Below, piece by piece: positions 1 through 13,759 of a DNA stretch of 64,000 nucleotides. The position numbers and the translations under genes are program-made. Origin of the DNA: Octopus vulgaris. Its lineage: Eukaryota. The notes beneath the pieces were generated by a model, which ran no database searches, was not told the origin of the DNA, and saw nothing but the letters and a program-made list of their open reading frames with translations. Within the stretch, counting starts at the first letter, position 1; every line of letters starts with the position of its first letter. Where the stretch lies: contig OX597818.1 of NCBI GenBank assembly GCA_951406725.2, forward strand, positions 145,390,001 through 145,454,000, in the 5' to 3' direction.

Positions 1-675
1 AGTGTTGCCATCGTCGTCATTGTAAAAATATACTGTTTTCAGTAACGCTCTCCGTGCCATCATCATCTCTATCAACTATTAAGAAGCGGTGTTTCAATGC
101 ATACGTGTCCTGCTAGAAATAGACGCGAAACCATGCACCAATTTAACTCAACACCCTTAAAAATGGGAAGGTTACCTCAAATTACATAATTTTAGGCAAG
201 GTGGTACAGTCACGACTGGAATGCTTTTGATTTACGAACTCTGCGCTACCACCACCACCACCACCACCACCACCACCACCTCCTCCTGCATCAAAGGTAC
301 AAACTTTAATATAGTGTTAGGAGGTATTAGTGGTGACACTGATAGCGAATGTGCGATTGATTCGGTAGTCGGTCTCTTGATAGACTACAGCTGTCTGGCT
401 TATGATTCGGCCATGCTGACCACAATGCTCCCATTCTAAATATAGAACGTATTGACCATTCATATTATGTAACATTCATTATTCAACAATGAATAAGCTC
501 ACTCCTACGCATCGGCGATGTCACGTGTTCTTTCAGTTTAGGATACGTGTCTGCGAGTGTATGTGATTGTTTGCGCGTGTGTGTGTGTGTATACGTTTGC
601 GTATATATGTATATATATATATATTTATATGAAGAGAGAAAGAGAGAGAGAGAGAGGAAGAGAGAGGAAGAAAGG

Positions 676-812
676 CACAGGCATAGCTGTATGGTATGAT
701 GCTTGATTCCCAACCATATGGTTCTGGGTTCAGTCTCGTGTATCTCAGTACAGCCACGAGCCGAAAAGCATTTGTGAGTTGATTTGATGGAGGGATACTG
801 AAAGAAGACCGT
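676..812 (+). mobile_element. tRNA-derived SINE, degenerate head fragment
   Basis: ggcacaggcatagctgtatggtatgatgcttgattcccaaccatatggttctgggttcagtc matches the head of the SINE at 2560. Confidence 0.7.
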
Positions 813-813
813 A

Positions 814-854
<41 letters not shown>

Positions 855-858
<4 letters not shown>

Positions 859-1040
859 CAACAATTGAGGGTAAAATTAATTAATTATTAATCAATTTCA
901 CCAAGTGTTCAGTATGCAAAGGGACCATTTAAGGCGAATTCAAATTATTACATTATATAAAAGGGCTTAGTAAAATAAATTACTTTGCCGCATACTTTGC
1001 CGCATACAGTATGCGGCAAAGTAATTTATTTTACTAAGCC

Positions 1041-1050
<10 letters not shown>
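855..1050. mobile_element. Fold-back (hairpin + tail) insert in (TA)n, Penelope-pLTR-like
   Basis: Arms ~954-996 and ~1008-1050 are reverse complements (aaaagggcttagtaaaataaattactttgccgcatac); flanked by (TA)n on both sides. Confidence 0.7.
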
Positions 1051-1080
<30 letters not shown>

Positions 1081-1176
1081 CACACACACATATATATATG
1101 TGTGTATGTGTGTGTATTAAAGTATACATGGATGCATAAATGTCTGTAGGAATATATATATATGTATATGTATATA

Positions 1177-1292
<116 letters not shown>

Positions 1293-1407
1293 ATATATAT
1301 GTATATATATATATATATATATATTTATATACATATATATATATATATATAAAGGGGCTTGTATGATTGTGTATACAGGAACAGTTGAATCACTCCTGTC
1401 ACAACCT

Positions 1408-1451
1408 GGGACATTGAAGACTGCTATAATGCAAGAAAGTATACTAGTCCC
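1408..1451 (+). ncRNA. Hammerhead ribozyme-like motif (type I, variant core)
   Basis: gggac-aUUGAAGA-ctgc tataat gcaa-GAA-agtatact(palindrome)-A|gtccc; 5-bp stem I; insert 1351-1627 lies between TA-rich tracts. Confidence 0.55.
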
Positions 1452-1625
1452 TTAATATTTTATATTTGATATTCAATATTTCATCTATTCGATATGACAA
1501 TCAATACTTCATTTCATTTTACTATATATATATTATTTATAATCTATTTTCTATATTCTACTTTAATATTATAAAAAATATATAAAAAACATAAAAAACA
1601 GACAGAGTTGGAATTTCTTTGAATA

Positions 1626-1675
<50 letters not shown>

Positions 1676-1717
1676 TGGTTGTCTACTAATTGTGCAGAAT
1701 TTGACCATCTCCTGTAC

Positions 1718-2435
1718 CTAGATGTTACCACCTTCATGCCATCTGATGTGGCGTTTTACACCAGACAATGTTCTGAAAAGACAGCCCCATAGATTGCACA
1801 TCCGATTTGGACCACCAAGAGGTGCAGAGAAGTTCTGGTCTTTGTGGATCTTAAAATGTCTTTTGAGGCCTCCATTAGATTTGCAAACCTTCTGACATAC
1901 ACTGCATTCCAAGATGTGCACAGATATACGCAGAATAGTCGGTGGAGGTTCGTTTTCCATGGGTTCGCAAATAAGATTTGAACCCAGCAAAAGACAGGCA
2001 TGGTCCGTGAAGTCTGGCGCAGCATGGTAAATTCCATTGTCTCGACCACGGTCGAACAATGATGAATGATGATGATGGTCTGTCAAAAACTGTGCACAGA
2101 AATAGATCATTCTTATTCAGCTTCTCGATCGTAACATTCTTCCTTAGATCACTTTTGAGTCGTACAATCATTATTCAAATGCTTTCACTATACTCCATAT
2201 CTTTGTCCGCCATCCAATTCGATCCGAAGCAAAGGTTTCTGTCTTCTGGAGCCATTCCAAGTGACTTCATAGTATTCCTTATGCCGTCCTTAAACCTTTT
2301 TTGTTTTTAGGTTTACGCCGATAGCGTTTCCCCTCTGCAAGGTCACCATAAAACAGCTGTTTCGGCATACGTACTCCGCCATTCGAACGATATGTCCACA
2401 CCACCTCATTTGGTTCTTCAAGATCATAGTTTTAA
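1718..2435 (-). mobile_element. RTE-clade LINE 3' fragment (end of RT region plus C2H2 zinc fingers), decayed
   Basis: MILKNQMRWCGHIVRM followed by KKRFKDGIRNTMKSLGM, and CSVCQKVCKSNGGLKRHFKIH; frameshifted. Confidence 0.75.
1925..2090 (+). mobile_element. Short nested retroelement 3' end with (TGA)n tail and 10-bp TSD
   Basis: tgtgcacaga at 1915-1924 and 2091-2100 flanks the insert, which ends near aatgatgaatgatgatgatg. Confidence 0.65.
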
Positions 2436-2473
2436 AATATATATGTATGTATATATATACATACATACATACA

Positions 2474-2509
<36 letters not shown>

Positions 2510-2559
2510 TATATATGTATATATATATTATATATGTATATATATTATATATGTATATA

Positions 2560-2910
2560 GGCGCAGGAGTGGCTGTGTGGTAAGTAGCTTGCTTACCAAC
2601 CACATGGTTCCGGGTTCAGTCCCACTGCGTGGCACCTTGGGCAAGTGTCTTCTACTATAGCCGTCGTATATATGTATATATATATATGTGTGTGTGTGTG
2701 CGTGTATGTTTATGTGTCTGTGTTTGTCCCACTAGAATTGCTTGACAACCGATGCTGGTGTGTTTACGTCCCCGTGACTTAGCGGTTCGGCAAACGAGAC
2801 CGATAGAATAAGTACTGGGCTTACAAAGAATAAGTCCCGGGGTCGATTTGCTCGACTAAAGGTGGTGCTCCAGCATGGCCGCAGTCAACTGACTGAAACA
2901 AGTAAAAGAG
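2560..2910 (+). mobile_element. tRNA-derived SINE (octopus-type, internal microsatellite), near full length
   Basis: A-box-like tggctgtgtggtaag, B-box-like ggttcagtccc, body ccgatagaataagtact...ggggtcgatttgctcgactaaa, tail ggtgctccagcatggccgcag...tgaaacaagtaaaagag; many copies in window. Confidence 0.85.
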
Positions 2911-3130
2911 TATATATATATATATAAGCTTAAAGAGCTTTTTAATAGATGCGTGTATGTAAGGGACATTCCATATATTTGATTACACTTATGTAGTTGA
3001 AATAATTAAATTTCCACTGAAAATACTTTGACGTATTGATCCAGTGGTTATTGAATATAGCCATGTGTACATATACACCTGGGACGGTTTTCAAATTATA
3101 TTTTTACGCCATTATCACATATAACGTATG

Positions 3131-3290
3131 CAGGCGTGGCTGTGTGGTAAGAGGCTTGCTTCCCAACCACATGTCTTCGACTTCAGTCCTGCTGGGTGGC
3201 ACCTTGTATAAGTCTCCTCTACCATAGCTTCATGCCGACCAGAAGGTTCTGAGTGGATTTGACAGACAGGAACTGAAAGAAGCATATCGC
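3131..3290 (+). mobile_element. SINE head fragment (family of 2560)
   Basis: caggcgtggctgtgtggtaagaggcttgcttcccaaccacatg. Confidence 0.75.
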
Positions 3291-3429
3291 GTGTGTGTGT
3301 CTATACACACACAAACACACATACGCAATAATGCTCTCTTATACACACTCACGCGCACCTTCCTTTTGGGACACCACTACTTTATTATCTCCCCTTCTTC
3401 CTAGCTCTCCTGTGTGACCCCTCTGTCCG

Positions 3430-3600
3430 GCATTCGCTAGCCACTACACATTCTCTCCCTTTTCTTTCTCTGTTCCTTTCTGTGGGAGAACGTAGACTCG
3501 AAACGTTAAAGACTTTTTCACTCCCCGAGCGTTAAACTAATACATCTGTTCTTTTGTCTATACCACCTGTCTTCGTCTTTTGTTATTTTTTTATAAATTA
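3430..3600 (+). mobile_element. Penelope-pLTR-like short repeat (family of 32505 and 33880), ribozyme core decayed
   Basis: ctcgaaacgttaaagac...gagcgttaaactaatacatctg...ccacctgtcttcgtc shared with 32076-32165 and 32505-32680; ends at (TA)n. Confidence 0.65.
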
Positions 3601-3611
3601 TCCCCCCACCC

Positions 3612-3675
<64 letters not shown>

Positions 3676-3703
3676 ACATATGGGTGTTTAGTTCACAAGT
3701 GAT

Positions 3704-3889
3704 CTAAACGATTAGGTTCGCTAGGTAAGTGTTGTAACGGATTACTAGGGCGCCAAGGTTATAGCCGAGATGGTAGTTATGGAGCCATTGTAGGTTTCCG
3801 ATGTATGACTTTGAATTTTTGGCAATGATAATGATGTATATGAATTGAAATGCTTGCTTTGCCTTAACGTTTGTTATCCTTTTCAACAA
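3704..3889 (-). pseudogene. Possible GIY-YIG endonuclease remnant (Penelope-like)
   Basis: NVKAKQAFQFIYIIIIAKNSKSYIG shows IY...YIG spacing; lies between TA tracts. Confidence 0.4.
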
Positions 3890-4396
3890 TTATGTAGATA
3901 TATATGTGTATGTGTGTGTGTCTGCTTGTCTGTCTGTCTTTGTGTCTGTGCTTATCCCCGTAACTTAGCAGTTCGGCAAAATATCCGATAGAATACGTAC
4001 CAAACTTTGAAAGAAAGTGCTGGGGTCAATACATTCTACTACAAATTCTTCGAGATAGTACCTCATCATAGGTGCAGCCTAATTACTGAAATAAGTATAT
4101 CTATATACATACATTTATACATATACATACATACACACATATGTATATGTGTGTGCGTTTGTATTTGATAGTATACTTATAATTGTGAGTGAGAAATTTT
4201 CTCATTTCACCATCATTCCAATTTCTTGTTTTACTCTGATTTCCCATCATACTTTTCTCTCTTTACTCAGCAATTGTACTTTAGCGGAACCGTAAAAATA
4301 TATATATGTATTCATATAAATACACAACAATATTCATTATATTAGCTCAGTGTGTGTGTATATATATATATATATGTATATATATATGTATATAGA

Positions 4397-5293
4397 CAGG
4401 GTGTTTCAAAAACTTTGATATCATTTGAGATGTAAATATCACAGAAACTACATAATCAAAGCAAATGAAACTAAACAGGCTTAATGTTGAGCAACATAAG
4501 ATTCATTCCTCCAATTTGAATGAGAAATTCAAAGGAATGTGGATTCCATGAACGATTTCACATCGCTGGTCACATCTCCCTCAAAGAAAGACGGCCATGA
4601 AGATGCTTCTTGGAGATGGCGCAGAACACACTCAATTTTGGTGAGTCTTCCTCATTCTCACTATGACATGGGGATTTCCTTCGCCCAAATGTGAGCATTA
4701 TGCTTATTGACTTTGCCATTCGTATGAAATGTGGCCTCATCACTGAAAACAAGACGTTCTTTGAACTCGGTTTCTTCAAGTTCCTCTTACACAGAATTGT
4801 TTGCGTTTTCGCTTGTCATCTGCCATTATGGCCTGAGTGAGCTGCGGCTTATAGGGTTTCATTACCAAGCGTTTCCTCAGGATGCGCCAAACTGTCGTTG
4901 GAGGAATCTGAGTTTCCAGATTTGTTCTTCTTATGGACATTTTGTGCTTCGCAAGACCGTCTCTTTCGATGTTAGTGACCGTCTAGATCCTTTTGCCCTG
5001 CACAGACAGCCATGTCCAAATCTGCATTGCCGTTGGTGACTTTTTAGAGAACTCTTTCACAAATGCAAGCTGCACAGTCTACTTCGACTCTGTTCGAGCA
5101 TGCTCCAACACACAAAACGCCATTTCTCTTCCACTGAATGCCATTTCTATACCTGAAAAGATAAACATATCAAACATTAAACATAAAATTTTGACCTGTT
5201 TCTACAAATGCTGTTAGAATTTGAAGTCATTTGAACAAGAACTGGCAAAGTTATTACATACCAAAATGATATCAAATTTTTTTAAAAACCCTG
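4397..5293 (-). mobile_element. Internally deleted Tc1/mariner-superfamily DNA transposon with TIRs
   Basis: TIRs cagggtgtttcaaaaactttgatatcattt / aaatgatatcaaatttttttaaaaaccctg, TA at the right end; transposase-like DSPKLSVFCAISKK. Confidence 0.8.
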
Positions 5294-5328
5294 TATATAT
5301 ATGTGTGTGTGTGTGTGTGTGTGCGTGT

Positions 5329-5383
<55 letters not shown>

Positions 5384-5968
5384 AATACAGTGGTATCAAC
5401 TAACATAAATTCCATTCTTGATTTATTTATTTCCTCTTCCAGATGCTGACGCGTAATTACCATATAGTAAATAAAGTGTCTTGCTCAAGATAGCAACACA
5501 CATCCCGGTCCGGGAACCGAACTCGCAAAGTCATGATTGTAAGCCCGGTGCTCTAACCACTGAGCTAAGCGACTTTACAATTAGGTTCTACTAAGATTAG
5601 AATTATTACAATTTAAAAGTTAATTTTATGAAAACTGGTTTGTGATTAGGTTTTAGGAAGATATATCAGCACGTAGACACTGGTGGGATATGAATACAGA
5701 AAGGTGCGTACTGAAAAAGAGAAAGAGAAAAAGAGATAGAGAGAGAGAGAGAGAAAGAGAGGTTGCTAGAAGGCTAGAAAGAGAAAAATCATCTGTATAG
5801 TATTAGAAGAGAAAGAAATAGATGAAGAGGGAGAAAGATGACAAGAGAGTCAAGAGGAGAAGCCGGAACAGGCAGAAAAGCACTTATTACATGAATAATA
5901 GCTATATATATATATATGTATATATACATGTATGTATGTATACATTACATTTAAATGTGTACATGGAT

Positions 5969-6056
<88 letters not shown>

Positions 6057-6428
6057 CCATACTCACACGAACGGATCTGTAGACACACGTATATACTGTG
6101 AGAAATAAACAAATATAAATACGTGTATACGCATGCCCGAACAGGAATTCACATTAGACCGAGACAGAATCGAAAATGAAATGAAAATAGAATTATCAAA
6201 AAGCAAAACTAAAAAAGAAAATTATATATACATATATAAATAATATATATATTCATATGCTTTATAGTGAATTTATTGGCAAACGTATGGTAAATGATTT
6301 GATAGAAATGATACTGGGGAACAGGAGACTTGCCAAAATCGAATCGTAAGGAAAACCTAAAAACATCATACGCACGCACACAGGTGTGTGCGAGAGTGTG
6401 AGTGCATTCATACATATGCACACAGACA

Positions 6429-6465
<37 letters not shown>

Positions 6466-6602
6466 TCACCCACATGCCCGCACGCACTGACAGATAACAC
6501 ACGCGCATACACACGCACGCACCAACAGGCACAGACGCATATGCGCTTAGAAATATAAATGTATGTGTATATGGCTGTAGATATAGACCATATATACACA
6601 CA

Positions 6603-6643
<41 letters not shown>

Positions 6644-6654
6644 ATATGTATATG

Positions 6655-6688
<34 letters not shown>

Positions 6689-7466
6689 TATATATGTATA
6701 TACATACATACACACACACACACACACATATATATATATGTACATATACGTATATATATCTTTATATATGCATTTGCTATTTTCATATACATTTATATAT
6801 ATAAATAAATGTTGGTGCTTTTAATTACGTAAAAACAACAAATATTAACTGGAAACTCGATACGCGGAGTAATATTAAATTACTATTTGATAAAGCCGCT
6901 AATGAGTACGCAGTACTCATCAAATGGTACCTCATCAAATAATGGGACGAGATTGATGAAGCCACCATCATATATATGCAGAGAGCAAAAGAGAGATACT
7001 GAATAATATATTTCTGTTAACAAAATAGCTCTTTATGGGACCCTGTGTATATTATATCGTTTATCATTATTTTGTCAATTGAATGCACCGGAGTATATTT
7101 CTGGTACTTATCATATTATGTCCATTGAGTTAGGGAATATAAAATCTGGCACCTCAATGGTAGAATTTGAAGACTGGGAAGCGATAATAGTTTATACAGT
7201 AGTTGGGCGCATTTAATTTCGCTTGATATATATTTGTTGCCCAAAGCAGAGTTGTATATTATGTACCATTTGTATATAGTTTCGTGTCATCATTTTCCGT
7301 TTCATGCATCTCGATTTTGCCTTTCCTTGCTATAGTGTAGTTGAACTAAGTACCAATAAATTGTCGGAATTGATATAACCAACAATAATAGGGAAAACTA
7401 TACTTCATTATAGTCATATTTTAGCCACTGAAGTCCTTAAAAGTATAAAAAAATAGAAATTCCCCC

Positions 7467-7518
<52 letters not shown>

Positions 7519-7634
7519 GCTGATAATCTCCGCAGACATCGCAGACGTGTGTGTGTATGTGTATATATATATATATATATATTCCGAGAACTATTTTTCC
7601 CACTTTGTTACACATTTATGTGCTTACTCGGGTG

Positions 7635-7763
<129 letters not shown>

Positions 7764-8489
7764 CTCACCAGAAGACGAGGACAAGATCATGTGCTACACT
7801 GAGTCTTTGTTTACCGATAGTTGATTGGGAGGAATCTAATCTGATCTAATCCCCAGCTTCCATGTATTTTGTAATGCGATCTGCGCCGCTTTCCTTCTTT
7901 AAATAATTATTTCTTTTGTTCTTTTAATTCCGCCTCTCTGTTTTCCTATTTGTATCACGACAAACTTATTAATTCGTTTGACGGATTTCTTGACGGATAA
8001 GACATTAACAGTTTAAACAAAATAGACGGGCATGTTACAAAGAAAGCAATCTGATAAGAGTATTCTGTAAACGGATTGATTTTTCTTCCCTATCTTATAC
8101 ATCATCATGTTGAGACGACCGTCTGATACACTAAACTCATTGTACAGGTGAAAGTTTTTGCATTATATTTTTCTGTTACTGTTTCTTTTGCCTGTTTCAA
8201 TGTTTTGCTCTCTTATCTTTGCTTTGCTTCTTTATAGTCGGAGTTATATTTTTTCCCAACTCTCGGTTCTCCGCTATATTTGTATTTCATCTTGCTGTAT
8301 GAGTTGTGAGTTTCTTTTCCGGCTGTGTTTGCAATTCCCTCTCACTCGAACCAACACACTTCACCCATTCCATTCGATACAGGAACTGAGACACAACTAA
8401 CAATGGTGGCATTCATTCAATGCCATCGTTTATTTTGCAATGTCAAATCCATAGCAAAACCAACTGCTGCAGTTGCAAGAACCATTGCT

Positions 8490-8588
8490 GTTGCTACTGC
8501 TGCTGCTGCTCTTTCTCTCCTCCTCCTCCTCGACGATGACGACGACGACGACGACTACCACCAAAACCACACCACCCCCACTACCCCC

Positions 8589-8623
<35 letters not shown>

Positions 8624-8679
8624 CACCACCACCACCACCACTACTACTACTACTATCACCACCACCACCACCACCACCA

Positions 8680-8713
<34 letters not shown>

Positions 8714-8717
8714 CACA

Positions 8718-8773
<56 letters not shown>
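8490..8773. repeat. Compound trinucleotide microsatellite (GCT/CCT/GAC/CAC/TAC/AAT)
   Basis: Direct reading. Confidence 0.95.
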
Positions 8774-8775
<2 letters not shown>

Positions 8776-9081
8776 TCTACCTCTAATATAAGGATAAAAT
8801 TTTCCAAAGAAAAACAAAATTATTGGTGGCTAGCATATGAAAATACCTTTTAAGGAGAAAATTATAAAAAAGGCAAAAGAAAAAATATTTCTATATCAAT
8901 ATGCTGAAAATAGAGTATAGATCGTATTATATGTGGTTAGACGATCTTAAGTCTATTTTTCACCATATTGGCATAGTACTTATTCTATTGATATCTTATG
9001 CTGAACCGCTATGTTACGGGGGCGTAAACACACCACCATTGGTTATCAAGCGATGGTGTATGTGCTTGTGGGGGTGCGGGT

Positions 9082-9130
<49 letters not shown>

Positions 9131-9144
9131 TATCTATATATACC

Positions 9145-9459
9145 CTCTTTACTCTTTTAGTCATTTGACTGCTGCCATACTGGAGCACCACCTTCAGTCG
9201 AGCAAATCGACCCCAGGACTTATTGTTTTTAAGCCTAGTACTTATTCTATCGGTCTCTTTTGCCGAACCGCTAAGTTACAGGGACGTAAAGACACCAGCA
9301 TTGTTTGTCAAGCGATGTTGGGGGGACAAACATCAGACACACACACATATATACATATACATACGACATACATATATATATACGACGGGTTTCTTTCAGT
9401 TTCCGTCTACCAAATCCACACACAAAGCTTTGGTCGGCCCGAAGCTATAGTAGAAGACC
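9145..9459 (-). mobile_element. SINE (family of 2560), head missing
   Basis: Reverse complement of the 2650-2910 body and tail; a further fragment lies at 8975-9060. Confidence 0.8.
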
Positions 9460-9637
9460 TTCGAAAAGAGGTCCGGATCAATTTCCAACTGTTTTTTCAA
9501 TTCATAACCCGCATTCAGTTGTGACTGCTTTTGATCTTCAGCGAGCTAACGAGGCCCAAATTTTGCTGCAGCTCTTTTCATTCGCAGTTCGTTGGCAGGA
9601 GCTCCAGGACACACCAGTCATATCAACAAGGTCGTCA

Positions 9638-9640
<3 letters not shown>
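9460..9640 (-). mobile_element. Mariner transposase fragment (HTH to WVPHEL-like linker)
   Basis: IDDLVDMTGVSWSSCQR...LRMKRAAAKFGPR*LAEDQKQSQLNAGYELKKQLEIDPDLFSK. Confidence 0.75.
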
Positions 9641-9698
<58 letters not shown>

Positions 9699-11715
9699 CA
9701 TCTGTTAGAACATTTTATGCATCTTCTTCCTTGTTCGATCGAAGATTAAACTTCTAATCCCATTAAAATGATTATGTCCCTTGCAATAACTGACCACCGA
9801 GGCACATCACGTATATGAAATATTCTGGCGGGGATCCCAAACTATCCATACTGTCATTGAATTGTCGAGGCCATATGTAGGCGACGTATTGTCTTTTCTA
9901 ATATATAACGAATGATATAGAGTAATTTAGCTATTCGTAACTTTTGAAATGTCTTGTGCCGGAAGCCAAGTTACCCAGGTTTCCCGACCAATGTTGGCCT
10001 CTACTGCTGGTAGCATAAAGTACGAAGAGTTTTTATTACTTTCGATCTCGCTATTTCCGGTGCTGTGTCTGGTAGCGCAATAGCAATAGCTATGGTATGG
10101 TCCTCATTTCTAAGATCTGCTGTTTCTGTTTGATTGAGGCCTGCATCCTTCGTCGTTTTCTCCGCTTGGTTGGCCATGTGATTCGGTTGTCGGTAACCGG
10201 CTTCCAAAGATGGTCTTCTTCAGGGGGAACGAGACCGGAAGTAGATCTCATGGACGTCCAAAGCTTCGTCTTCATGATCAGCTCAAGCGGTCCTCATTTT
10301 ATGCTACTCTTTCTCTTTGATTTCCTCCTTTCTTTTGCGAACCCTCCACTTTTGGATAAAAGGCTCTCAAGTGGTCTTTATTACCGGACATAAATTAGCT
10401 GGATCTTCTGCCTTCAAGTCAGTGCTTCTTCCCGTGATGGTGTACAGCTCCACAGCAACGTTGTTGTCATAGGTGGAATGGAAGTATTACGACCTGAATA
10501 TCCGTATAGAACTCACTCAACCATATGCTATTGTTATCTATCCTTGTTTTCATCACATTGCCAAACTGATGAACAAAGCTGACGACAAACCAGTAGTCAA
10601 TGTCCTTGCACTATCACTGATCATGGTTCTGTGATCAATGTACTGCAAGACTATCCTGTGGGATGTACAAGCCGTTGGTATATTGTCGCCCCATACTCGG
10701 TTTAAAAAACTTAGTACATGCTTCCATATCATCTATCCCAGTTGAGTGAATGGACATCCTATCACACATAAGTCAGGGATTTCACTAATTTCATTTCTGA
10801 AGGTATATGATACATTTTTTTAATTTATTTATTTTGAAAAGCACAATTATGTAAACTTCCTCAGAGTTATTTCCTGCATAAATATGTCGGACATGGATCC
10901 ACTGCCTTTGTGACTTAACACGTCCACTCTTTCTTCTTTCCCTTATGCTGGCTCAGAATGACTAAGTTTGCAGAAATCGAGTGTTGTTGCTATTGTTGGT
11001 ATTCATATATTTTTTATCCAAACATTCATGAATTCATTTTCTACTGTTACAAGTATCAGTTGTGAGGACCCAGGATTCTGCATGTATGATTATTTCAATA
11101 ATGATTTAAAATTCTATCGTTTCTCTTAAAAACAATTTTTAAGGGTGTACTTATTTACGTTACTGTTACCATCACTGTTGATGGTTTTATTTTTTATTGG
11201 CTTGGCTCAACTTAAATTGCTTTTTGACTCACAACATTTACAAAGATACACTTGTTGTTGCGGTTGTTGTTAGTGATGGTATTTTCGTGAGTGCTTCTAC
11301 TGTTTGCTTTTTCCAAAGCTATTCTTTTTTCTTCGTCATTGCATGTTCCATTGTACAACTATTTTAAACCTGGAAATGTCTGTATTTTTTACAATTTCTT
11401 CGTCCTTGTTTTTTTAAAAAATCCTTTTTATGTTTTGAAAATAATTTTGAAAATAGATTTGAGGCGTGTTTGATTACACTACTGAGGCGACTGGTACCAC
11501 CGCTGAGGTGATCGCTTCTTTCCAATACCCCGTGCAGCCATCTAACAGTGTAAATGTGGCAAATAATTCAATAACTCTCCAAGCGCGTAAACATGTTAAA
11601 ATCTCTAAAGACAACCGTCCCTTCTATTCCAGGTAATAACACTATTCAGAAGCTTTCTATTTGTAAAACTGGAACAAAAAGAAGTTATTTTTTCATGAAG
11701 TAATCTGGTTACGCA

Positions 11716-11840
11716 GAGGCGCGTAGATTAATGGTTAGAATGCTGCACTCATCTTCATAAGATTATGAATTCGATTCCTGAACCAGGTGATGCGTTGTGT
11801 TCTTGAGAAAAACAGTCCACTCAGCTGGCAAAAATAACCA
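11716..11840 (+). mobile_element. tRNA-derived SINE, second family (CORE/Meta-like body)
   Basis: Similar to 58032-58180: gttgtgttcttgag...cagtccactcagctggcaaaaat. Confidence 0.65.
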
Positions 11841-12109
11841 CAGAATCAAGGAAACCGGCCCAATGAGCCTAGGGTCGGGAAGGATTTTCCCGAATCCGGT
11901 TACAATAATAGTAGGTAACGTTTCAGTGACACTTTACCGAACTTTCAATGGGTGGGGGCACCGATCGGAGACGGCCGGCTTTTGTACCTGACCAGCTCGT
12001 CAAGCGTTTCGTCTTTCGACCATCGACTAAGGGGGCTGTGAAAACTGATTCACAAATAAAATAGCATACGTGTTGGAGATTGTGCAGTGGGTAAATCGTC
12101 AAAACAGGA

Positions 12110-12480
12110 TGGTTTGCCTATCAATTCTATTGTTATGTACCGGACTTGTTGGCTATTGTTTTGTCAGCTGTCAACGGGCTGAGAGCATTTCAAATTGTAT
12201 GAATTGAAGGAGCAATGGCTCTGTTTCAAAAGAGCCAGATCAAGAGGGAGATAATGGACAATTTCAGGCCCATAACTTTAGTTAATACTTGAGCTAAAGA
12301 TTTTGATAAAGGTTTTCGCCAAGAGATTGGCGCTTTTAGTCGGTAGATGAAATGGAGACAGAAACTTTTGATTTCCTCGGCAGATCAATCCAGAACAATA
12401 TCCATCACATGCGATATAACTTATCAAGAAATGACGCTGGATTTGATTTCGACGGGCCCTGATCAATTTAGGTTAATCTA
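12110..12480 (+). mobile_element. L1/Tx1-like reverse transcriptase fragment
   Basis: DNFRPITLVNT, then frameshift, ELKILIKVFAKRLALLV, typical of the start of non-LTR RT. Confidence 0.6.
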
Positions 12481-13310
12481 AAGCGTACAACAGGTTCAAC
12501 CTAATGATTATGCTAAAATCAGCGCATTGTGCCTCCAACTTTAGAGGCCGGATCACTATAATGTACATTGGTGCCAGTTTGTTGACCAAAACAAACAAGA
12601 ACCTCTGAAAAGTTTCGCTTCGCGTACTCGATCCGTCAGGAATGTCTTTCTTGCCTATTTTATGTTTTGGCATCGGAACCTTAGCTTGCTGAGGTTGACG
12701 TTGATGAGAAGCATTCTGCTTAAACTGGGACAAAGGAAAGCCGATCTTGTCACTGGCTTGAATAATACATCTTTTATTTGTATGGTTTGTAAATTTTCGT
12801 TCTATTGAAAGCACAAGCGGTCGTGTGTAGATATGACCTGTACTTCATTATTTTGTTTACTCCTATCAAATGGTATCTGAATGTTCGCCAACTTACACAT
12901 TTGTAATAAATAAATTATATGAACTAAAGACCAATAAATTTTGAAAGTATTATTTGCATTTTAACTCATCAAATTTTCTTACCGATTTGATTCATTATTA
13001 GACAATCTTAAATGATATTTTCGTAGCAGCTAACGTTCTCTCATGATAAACCATTCTGTCGTCATCGTCGTCGTCGTTGTCGACCTCCTCTTCCTCCTCC
13101 TCCTCCTTCTTCTTCTTCTTCTTCTTCTTCTTCTTCTTCTTCTTCTTCTTCTTCTTCTTCTTCTTCTTCTTCTTTTTTTTCTTCTTTATTACTGTTATTA
13201 TTATTCCCCCATATTTTCGGAGTCGATAAGTACCAGTGAAACACTGGGGTCGATATAATCGATAAGTCCCCTCCCACCAAATTTGAGGCCTTGTGCCTTT
13301 AGTAGTACAG

Positions 13311-13343
<33 letters not shown>

Positions 13344-13350
13344 ATTGTTG

Positions 13351-13394
<44 letters not shown>

Positions 13395-13757
13395 GGGTGA
13401 GAGGGCAGTGCATGCCATCAAAGTGACACTAAGGTAAAATATACGAAACCCATTATACCCATCATGACTACCTGTCGGATAAGAGTACACGAGGCACATG
13501 CATCACAACCATATGTGCGCAATATGGTGATCTCATGTCAAGATAAATAGCGCATGATAAATAGCACATGACCTTGTATGTGGAGCCGAGTTAGAATTTT
13601 CTTCGGGTTGGGTAGCTCATCCTGCTCAAAAAGGTCCCTGAATAAGGTTTGTTTAAGGATGATGAACAAAACACCCATCTTTCCAGAGGTGAATTATTTA
13701 AATCCCAAAGAATTCATCTGAATACATGACTATGATAATACCCCACTATTTCTGCTT
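13395..13757 (-). mobile_element. (TAA)n-associated non-coding repeat, partial copy
   Basis: Homologous to 16521-16870; abuts (TTA)n. Confidence 0.8.
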
Positions 13758-13759
13758 AA

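Noticed and set aside
2560-2640. tRNA-like heads here and at 40230-40300 and 58032-58105
   Set aside because: They continue into SINE bodies and lack a proper cloverleaf; not tRNA genes
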